From the human T2T-CHM13v2.0 reference genome, Homo sapiens, in NCBI RefSeq assembly GCF_009914755.1, contig NC_060926.1: a stretch of 64,000 nt of DNA. One strand, 5' to 3'. How positions within the stretch are numbered: the first letter of the stretch is position 1; every line of letters begins with the position of its first letter. The translations under genes were made by a program, and so were the position numbers. The notes beneath the pieces were generated by a model. The model was not told the origin of the DNA. It saw only the letters and a list, made by a program, of their open reading frames with translations, and did no database searches. Shown one piece after another: positions 53,931 through 64,000 of the stretch.

Positions 53931-56900
53931 TTTCATAAAACATGAAGACTCAACATTTTCTAAAATGTTTCAACACCGTCATTAGGAAATAAAGATGATG
54001 AACAGCTGCTCATAGGAAAGAGGTGAGCTAAAACTTTAATCTACCAGAGGAGGCTACCATGGGGCTGTTTCCACACTTGACATCACTTTGGATTCTTTAC
54101 ATTCAGCAAACCTCCAAGCAAAACCAGTTTTAGGAATATATTATTCAAGTACTGAGAAAGAATTTTAACATTTCCTTTGTATAATAGTTAAGTATTTTGT
54201 TTCAATTTTAGAGATTTTCATAAGGTCAGCAGAGATGTCTGTATGCTTGAAATCTATATTGTTTTGCTCAGGTTAATTTAATTTAATGGCAATAAATGAT
54301 TTACCAAGCACATTAACCATTAACACCAGCAAAGTAGTCAGAAGTTTAAGACATCTATCTCAAGTTAATGCAGGAAATTAGAACCCCCATCTTTAATTCT
54401 TTCTCGGGGACTAAAATTTGAAATGTATGTGTCTCTCTAGTTCAGTATTTCTTGTCTTTGCTCAAGGATTAATTATATTACTCAGTCTCAATGAATAAGG
54501 AAATTAATAATTCATGCCTAAATATTACATAGGTGAACATTTTTGTTGTACTAATTAGTATCTTGTAATTAAAAGTCTTGTATGACAAGTACGTGAGACT
54601 GTCGGCTGAAATAACCATACATTCCAATTAGATTCAGTAAGTCAGTATCATTTATGGGGAGGAAGCCTATTTGTCTAAAATTAGAACCTGGGCTGGGCTG
54701 ATATTTTGAATCAAGATCTGAAGTGAATTTTGGTTGCAGTTTAGTAAAATTAAGATATTTTGTCAGAGGGAAAATGAAAATTAAAGTAAAATTCAAACCT
54801 CATTACAGTAATTACTAAAGGAGTATGTAAGTTAATTGTTTAACTTGAAATTTAATTATAATAACTATTTTTATTTTTCAAACTGAGTCATCGTTGAAAC
54901 TTAGTTTGCTATTCAACCGTGTATTCTTTGAGGAAATTTGAAAGACACTTGGTTTCTTGATTAAAAGTTCTTATCGGGAGCAATTTTTAAAAATAGTATA
55001 TTTTTAAAATTTTAAAGTACTTTATAAAATCTCACACTTTCAAAAAGAAATGTTTGATTGTCACATATAAAAAAGCTTAAGTCAAGCTTTTTTGTGATGA
55101 TGTGTTACCATCACTACTCTTACAGACATGGTTTTTTTTGTTTGTTTGAATGCTACATTGTTTTTGCCTGATTCTGTAATCAATAAATTTCCTAAGGACT
55201 ATTTAGTTGTAATTCTCTTGAAATTAAAAAATAATGTATATGGATCACTCAGATTTTGATTTAGAATCAATTGTGATACCTTAACACATAAGTATCTAAT
55301 TAGCTCCAAAGCGGCTTCCACATTTAAGTAATATTAAAAATTGCTAATAAAGCCTAATCCTATTCAAATACTTCTAATGGGCAATAGGGACACTACAGTT
55401 ATTTTGCCTTCATGCTCTCAAGAGAGAGGTTTACGTTCACCTTTATTTTTGTAAACTGACTCCATGATATGCACAATGTCATTCTCTGCTGAGGTAATGG
55501 TGAAAGTGAATATCACTGAAAGCAAAAGCTACATTATAATTATTATGCAGAATAGATTGACAAGAGTATGGTTTCAGTGTTTGGGTTTTCTTAAAACCCT
55601 AAATCTATGTGGCACAGGTTTTTCAGCAGAGACGTTGCAACACATTAAAACATATAGCCAGAAATGTGGGTGGAGACAAGAAAAGTTGGTGCTCTTGTTT
55701 CTTATGGAAAAGCAAAAATCACTCAGAACACAAGATCCTCTGGGCACGTAACTAATCTGTATTAAGAGTAAGATGTCATTTTTATGTAACATCTTAACTA
55801 CGGTGACTTATTAAATATGATCAAGAAAATCATGTTCTACCAACAGGACTGAACTTGAGAATAACAATCAGAAGCATTGGCAAACCATTCCAACACCCAC
55901 ATCTTCCAAGAAAATTACTCATAATAGCAATTTGCATTGAGGTATTAGGCAGCATGTTTTAATAATATGGGGACTCAAACTCAACAAGAAAATATAGCAG
56001 CTCTTTTCTTTTTGTCCACAGACCATAAAACATACCATAACCTAAATGAACAAAAAGCCACATGTTTTTTGACAATCAAAACCTAAGTACCTACACTTCC
56101 TGCCCATTATAGAATACCATAAAAAAATCAATGTTCCATCACAAGATTTATCTGCAAGAACCCAAACAATAGATATTAAAAAGAAAATATTTGGGTTTTG
56201 GGGGTAGTTGTTTAAAATTGTTCAATTTAATGCCGTAATATGGTCATAAGCTTGATGTGTTTTCAGAAAAAAAAGTAAAATTATTTAAGAAAAGTGTCAG
56301 TTTTCATATAGTTTCTTACTTTTTAAAATTAATCATATTTCTATTGACTAGTAAACCTCAAACACATACATTGCTAAATGTGGTTCTGGCTTATCATACC
56401 TGGTTTCTTTAGAGTCATATAGACCTTTAGTTAACAATTTGACTGTAGTTATGTCCAAAGTTCTGCCTTGGAATTTTTCCTTCTTTGACCTAGCTTTAAT
56501 ATTACATTGTATATTTCATCCTTTCCATTGAAAAAGAAAGATCCCAAGGGTAGCTTGTATTTTTCACCCTCCAAACCCCGACATCACCAATCTCAGTTCT
56601 GGAAAAAAATAGAATCACTGCATTAAATTACTTTGGAAAAGTTGGGTAGTTAATGACTAAAAATGAAACAGACTGTACATTTTAAAATGTAGAAAATTTT
56701 TTATTTAGAGGCTTAACCTAGAACTGCCTAGACATGAATGAGCCAAGGAAAAAAATTTATGGTAATACCAAAAGCATTTAAAATTACATTATTAAAATAG
56801 GTGGAGGGAAATGAGGTTCCAGCTGACTTTTCTCCCCACCCCATTTTGAATAAGTACATCTTGTTTTCTCAAATCACGGGAGGTTTTCTTTAAATTTTAA

Positions 56901-58075
56901 TTGTGAAACCAATAATAGTAGGACGGTGTAAAGTAGAAGGCTGCTTGAGAGAAAGAATCCTACTGCTGTGTTTAAATAGAGTACTTTGGCCCTCTATTGA
57001 GATTTACTTGACTCATCCGAGTTCAAAATTAAAGAGTGGTATTAGTTTTCCAAAACTTCAGAGGTTTGACAGTGTCACTTCAATAGCAGATATTTTCTCA
57101 GATACTACTTACCTAGGTAATGTAGGTACTTCAAGATTACCTAGGACCTCTAAGGCCAACCTTTTTTTCTGGCAAAGCTGCAGCTTGCCACAACCCACAT
57201 CTTGATTTTTCTTTCTGGAGCTAATATATAAGTAGATAACTAAAAGCAGTAAAGCAGTAGAGTAACTCCTTCTTCTTCCAGACAGAAGTTCTACATGGAC
57301 ATGAAATTGTGGCCTTCTTTGGTGCCTGGACTAAAACATCCTTTTTGTTCAGACCCAAGTGACATTTCATTAAATTGATCATGAACTTTCTATTTGATAA
57401 AAATGTGGCTTTTTAGTGGCTCACAAGTCTGCAGACTTGATTTTAGGAAAGAGGCCACTTTCACAGAACTACCAAATATTATCCTACCTTGAACTGCTGC
57501 CCTTTTGCTAGCCATATCTTCTAAACTACCTGTTGTGGATCATATTGGTCTGTTTGGGCTCAGACTTTCACCTTTAAGGTTTTGCTAGGGATAAAATGTA
57601 ATATGTTATATAACCCCAGGCTACTGAAATCTCCTTTGCTAGCATCTTGGTAGCAACTCTCTCATTCATATGGAGAAATTCTTACTAAAAATTTGAGTAG
57701 CCAGCAAAAGAAACGATAGCATTTTGTTTAGAGGATCTTAAGGGACAGTCTCACATGCTGATGGAGAGGGTAGTCATGATGAGGGTATCAATTCTTGATA
57801 CTATCCTCAGTGATGTTGCTAACCCCAAGGATCCCTTAGCAGATCATTATTCAAGCCAGTGTCAGGTTGTTTCCCAATTCTCTAAGTTTGAGACCTGTAC
57901 TATCAGTACTTCCAAATAAGAGACTATCAGTTATGTCCTAGTTACTCAGAGAATAGTGGAAGATAACTCCATGCCCTAGCTAAAAGAGACACAACAAGGA
58001 CTGCAAAGTTCAGTAGAGGGCTCACCAGCTCTATTATAAGTGGTTAACTCATAACTTAAAATTCTGCTTTTAAAG

Positions 58076-58220
58076 CAGCCCTTCCCAAAGTATGGTCCCT
58101 GGACTAAGAGTATCGGCCTCACTTGAAAACGTGTTAGAAATGTAAATTCTACTTCATATTTACTATGTTTAGCAAGCTGTCTGGTGATTCAGATGCACAC
58201 GAAAGTTTTGAAAGCACGGC
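58076..58220. mobile_element. MER5A-like hAT DNA transposon
   Basis: TTCCCAAAGTATGGTCCCTGGAC...TGTTAGAAATGTAAATTCT...GGTGATTCAGATGCACACGAAAGTTT. Confidence 0.75.
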
Positions 58221-58614
58221 CTTAATGTGCAGTATCATCCTTCACCATGTAATATACAACAAGTAGAAGAAAAATCTACTGTCCTACAACAGCATTGCTC
58301 CAGGGTAATTCAATGAGGTATTGAACCTGAAAGATGATCCAAATAAAGAGGTCTATTGTTGAAATTTGGGCAACATGTATAAATATGTAAAACATAAAAT
58401 TGCTCTCATATAATCACTTGAGGTTGGGAGGTAGGTAGCTGTTATAACCATGAAAAGACCATTTCAGTAGTTTTTCCCCTCCTGTTGACCCTAAAGCTGG
58501 CAGCCAATCTTGCGTGCTCCCCAAACCAGAATTATTAATAATTAACTGCTTCCCAAGGATTAACAGAACAACATACCTGGACTACATACTAGGACTAAAG
58601 AGTCTTCACTTGGT

Positions 58615-59070
58615 TGTGTTAATTTCTTGTAGCTGCCATAAGAAATTATCACAAACTTGGTGCTTTAAAACAATAGAAATGTATTCTCTTACAGTTCTGG
58701 AGGCCAGGGCTCTGAAATTAAGGTATTGGCAGGATGGTGGTCCCTATAGAGGTTCCAGGGAAGATCCCATTCCTTGCCTCTTCTAATTTCTATTAGCTGT
58801 TGATGCTTCTTGGTTTGTGGCTACATCACTCCAATCTTTGCCTCCTTTTTCACATGGACTTCTCTTTTGTCTCTCAAATCTCCTGTGTGTGTCTCTTATA
58901 AAAGGTTACTTGTCACTGGGTTTCAGGCCCATCAGATCCAGGGTCTCTACATCTCAAGATCTTTAATTTATACCTATAAAAAACCTTTTTCCAAATAAGG
59001 TAACGTTCATGGGTTCTGGGAATTAAAGCATGGACATATCTTTTGGGGGGCCACCATTTAACCACCATAC
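58615..59070 (-). mobile_element. MLT1 (B/C-like) MaLR solo LTR
   Basis: GCTGCCATAAGAAATTATCACAAACTTGG...TATTCTCTTACAGTTCTGGAGGCCAG...TTTCCAAATAAGGT...GGACATATCTTTTGGGGGG. Confidence 0.85.
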
Positions 59071-60075
59071 CATGTGGTAGCCACCTGCATACTTATGGTA
59101 CTTATGGCCACAGTTTTTGGACTAGAGAGATATGGGGGACTCTGTAACTAAAGCCTGCTTTTATAATGTCATTGTTAGAGTCCCATAACTAACCAGGGTA
59201 AGTCTTGTACGTGCTTCCATTAGGTCTTCCCTGACTTCGCACATGATTTTTTTCTAGGCATTAGAATACGGAGCTTCCAAGTTCAGCACCTTGGTCTAAA
59301 GAGGCAAAGGAAGACTCAACCATTAGGTTATACATTCCACAGTCTTATTTAGCACTGTATCACCTAGCACACTGGCTGGACCATAGTAGGTGCTTAGCAC
59401 TTTTTTTAAAAAATTAAAGAAGAAACAATAGAATCAAAAAATTTTTTCAGGCCCAACAGACGCAGGCAGTTAGGGAAGGAACAAACTGTCACGCTCCTTA
59501 TTCCAGAACTACAAAAATACTTGAGAGGGACTGCTTAAGAAAACTGGATGTTTAGAGAATGCGTTTCCCTCTCCTTCCATGTCCATAGTCTATACCAATT
59601 ATCTCAAAACCTTTTCATGACATACCTATTGCTAAAACAGTATTGAACATACTGCCTAAAATGCATAGTAATTTATTATACTTTTAATAGTTATGTAGTT
59701 CAGAACTTGTTATATATATATAAAATATAGAAATTGAAATTAAAAAGAGCAAATTAAGCATAAAATAAAGAATAATTTCAAATATCTTGCAAATCACAGT
59801 GGCTTAATATCTCAAAGAAAAATGTAATTTGAGTGAGTTTCATCATTAATGATATTGGATATAAAGCTATATTGCAAGTAGTCTTGATGATTTCCAGTTT
59901 CTTTGTCTGACTTCTCATCAGATCTGAATAGGCTTTCATTGTGTATGTCTGAAAAGATTTTGTATTGAAGGTTAGTGACACTTTTTATTGCTGTGTGTTG
60001 CAGGAGTATACTTGTATTATCAGTATTATCTTCCATTTGTTCTTTATGCATAGGGAATTTTTTAAGTCACTTATC

Positions 60076-60422
<347 letters not shown>

Positions 60423-61369
60423 TAAACCTCACATCCACTGGCCAAGGCACACATAAACTGTCACACATGTAATAAGCCAAGAGCAATGAACAAGAAGAAC
60501 CTTTTCTTACTCCCTTTATTAAGAGCCATCCAGTCATCGCTTGGCCTCAGTAACAAGTGGCTTTTGACTTATAGGCCAAGTGAAGTCTCCCATGTCAATT
60601 TACAGATTAGTAACATTTCATTTCAGTTAGTCTTAGGGAAGAATCATAAATATAATTTCTAATATCTACTTCCTACACTTCAGTATAAATCACATATTTT
60701 TACTGCATCACTTAGTACTTGAATCTAAAACTCTTCATTATTTGCTTTTGTTCAAGTATATTTATATGCTCCTCAGAATGTCTGTAATGAAGATAGGGGT
60801 CATGTCTTACACTTCTTCAGTATCTTCTATATCATCCAAGAGTATCTTGTAAAAAGTTAATGCTCACAAATACTATGTGATTAAGGACTGTAGCTCATTG
60901 GAAAGTCTGACTTCTCTATGACTTTTTTGATTCATTACATATATTTAATAAATCAGAGAAAAATAGAAATCACCTCAGTGTAGCTTATTAAAATGGGCAG
61001 TATAGTATATAATATCAGAAAAATGAATGAGATTAGAAACTGGAAGCTACTGCAGAATTGTAATTATTAGAATTATATAATTATTAGAATTTCTAATTCT
61101 ATAATCATTAGATTTCTAAGTTATGAAATAATTTTTTTTCCCAAGCCATTAGCAAGTTTGAGTTTTGTTCCTTATTTCTTCTGCTGGGTATGTAAAGACA
61201 ATATCTGCTGGCCTGGTAACCTGAAGAATGTAATCCAAATCCACATACATTGAATCTGAACAATTGAGTTATTTATCCTCTGATACTGATATAAGATACA
61301 CCTAGATACAGAAGGTTCTATAACATGAAGTTGGACTATGTTTAGGGAAAAAAATGTATAAAAGATAAT

Positions 61370-61830
61370 CTTCATTTGCTCATCACACTCATCCACTCTC
61401 CACCTTTCTCTACCCTGGTGAGGGGGTGAGTGTGACCCTAGGCGTCTGCCCATCAGGCTGCTGCTCCTCTGGCTTCCTGTTGGATTCAGACAATGGGGAG
61501 CAAGAATAGGTGATCAGCAGGTGAGAAAGGAGCAAGGCCAGCTCTTTATTTCCCCCTTCCCTCCATGCCCTGCTGCTAAGATTCCCACAGTGTCTGTGCC
61601 TCCCAGGTAAGTAGTTCAGGCCCCCTTTCCTGGCAGTAGCTGTGGTGGGGTCTGTTTACACTGTTCCCTCCCCTTGCTCCCATGGCTCTGAGGTGGTAAC
61701 AGTTTTCTACTTTTCTAGCCCTGGCTGTTGCAACATCCCTCCTTGGTTTCCGTAACCTTATCCGTAGCTCTTTATGAGAGATCCCTTCATCAAAAGCCCA
61801 CTTTTCTAATTGGAGCCTGACACATACACA
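61370..61830 (+). mobile_element. LTR33-like ERVL solo LTR
   Basis: CTCTGGCTTCCTGTTGGATTCAGACAATGGGGAG, TTTATTTCCCCC, TGTTCCCTCCCCTTGC, GGTGGTAACAG, end CTGACACATACA. Confidence 0.65.
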
Positions 61831-64000
61831 TACTAAACAGGGCTTTAGTGTTTAATGCAGACATTCAGCAAACTTGCTGCTGGGTGTATGTAGGCACAGC
61901 TGTAGGAGGCTAAAAATAGCTCTGTCTGCAACATTGTTTTTTCTTTTGAAATTCTAAGCTCCATTTTGGGGGACTCAGTAAGGACTTTATCTTTAGGTGC
62001 CAGCTTTTCTCTTGCAACCTAATCCTCTCTCTACTCTCACAAAGAACCTGATAATAGTCACCAGTTACCCTTGTTACTGACCACACAATATTTTAAAATC
62101 GATGAATTTTAGAGAGGCATACCTCAGCCTAGAACTCTGTTTTTCATCTTTCTCTCTTTTCAATAAAAAGATTGTATTGATTGTTAATGCAATTTTAGAA
62201 AGCACCAAGTTCATGTAGAACTAATTGAGGACCCAAAAGAACACCTTGAAATCAAAATAGGCTGTTTGCAAGTCTAGCCTTGAGAATAAACCATATCATT
62301 TCTTTGAGGTTAGGAGTGTGAAAGGGTATGAAGTGACAGTCTAGGTATTTTTCTCCTTTAGAGATGGATCTGTGATCTCTACAAGTAGACAGAGTAGGGG
62401 AGAGGGTTGACCTATATGCAAATACTAAAGACCTATTTCTAGGAGCTATTTGGTTTCAGCAGCTTCTTCAAGGATGTAAAACCCACTTTCATCCTATCCC
62501 CTGGCAGGTCCTTCTCTCTAGAAAGGCATTCTGTCAGGAACTCTCCTCTTTCCTATTGAGCATAGATCAGTTTCCTTTCATCTAAACACCTCTGAATACA
62601 TTTTGCATTTTTTCACATACCTAGAAAAAAATCATGGTTAGTACCCCTTTATGGTATCCTGAGGCATATCATATCCCTAGGCATCCCATTTTCTTTTTGC
62701 CTCTGATAATGACAGGGCAAACAAAGTGCATCTTTCGAATGAAACTTCATCAGTTGGATTAGAATAAAACCATATTAAAGGATGGATCCACATTTTAGAA
62801 TTCTGGATAGCAATATATTTGGTACTTCTAGCATACAGTCCTATCTCTTATAATGCTTCTCTTCCCTTCAGTTTTTAGCCTGCATACATACCTCAGTACC
62901 AGCCAACGGTTCTTTATGCAACCTGAAACATGCAGAGAAGTAGAGGGGACTGTTTTTAATATCTTACCTTAACTCCTTTGCTGCAATCTTATAGCATTCT
63001 TTTATTTAACAATCAAAAGGATACACTTAGTTGGTCACAGTTGTCTCTATAACACTATTGATCTTTTATATATATAAATAATTTATACCTATCCATTTTT
63101 TTCTTCTTCATTGTAAAAGAAATTGGAAATATTTAGCTTTAATCTTTTGTTTTTGCTCAAAGTTCTTATATTTCAATCCTGCAATTTTATTTCTTTCTGT
63201 TTGTGTTTTCTCCTGCATGTCTATATTTTAAGTGTAGGATAGCCAAAAAGTGATTTCTGTGGCTTATACGAAAACACAATTCATATGGTGTGCCTTATGG
63301 TCTTTGTGATTAATACCCTGTTATTCCATCTCAGAATGACAAAATAAGTGTAGCGATGTTGTTGTTCCTTCGATGAGCTATCTGAACCCCTGGATATTCT
63401 CTGCTTTAATGATGCATGATCAGCCATTATCTATCTCGTATTTTCTTTGTTTAAGAAATTAATGACAAACTGGCCATGATAGTAACGGTTTGGCATTTTG
63501 CTTGGCAAATTCATTCCTGCATAAGTTGAATTTCATGTGTTAAAAAGAAAGTTTTTTTCCCCACTTAAGAAATAAAATATCAGATTCTACCCACTTAATA
63601 TCAAAGTACTTTAAGATTGGAATGTACAGTTTTAATACATAACAATGCAACATAACGACTTAAAAGGGCTGGAAGAGGACTAGGATTACATGTATATATA
63701 CCTATGACTGTTACTGTTTATATTTTTTCCTAAAAATTAAAGCCTAAATCATCTCAAACATTTATATGTGCCCATTTTATCCTTCCAAATAAAAAGATTA
63801 CATAATATTCTGTTAGTAACTAAAATTCTTGTTTAAAATTTTTTTTATCAATAAATTATTTTTTTAAACCAAAGGATTCCCTATTCTTTCTTTACATAGA
63901 TGGGGTGTCATGTCAGGAAAAGTGATATTTCTCACATGAGTCACTATCTTAATGTGGACATGATTAGGGTACACAGATGGCACTATATGATAACCTTTCT

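Noticed and set aside
55094-55172. GTGATGA...CTGA resembling a C/D-box snoRNA
   Set aside because: No terminal stem and a T-run interior; the motifs are expected by chance.

Overview
AT-rich primate (almost certainly human) genomic DNA with no credible protein-coding exon. A CpG island at about 33.75-34.72 kb holds a TATA-less GC-box promoter and a non-coding first exon (about 34237-34465) with (CAG)7, a long pyrimidine tract and a CAG|GTAAGA donor. From memory I recognise this as the 5'-UTR first exon of MAP2 (chr2q34, + strand); a BLAT search should confirm it. Everything downstream would be intron 1, and I did not find the next exon in the window. Upstream is intergenic, including a nested pile-up of old L1s with MaLR/ERVL LTRs and Alus (about 12.8-30.35 kb). 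The ORF-track entries read as Alu/L1-derived, low-complexity or chance ORFs. I found no evidence of a new multi-gene system. The best leads are a candidate recursive-splice/microexon site, candidate neuronal enhancers, young possibly polymorphic Alus, perfect AT palindromes and a template-switch scar. Repeat subfamily calls and boundaries are by eye and approximate.
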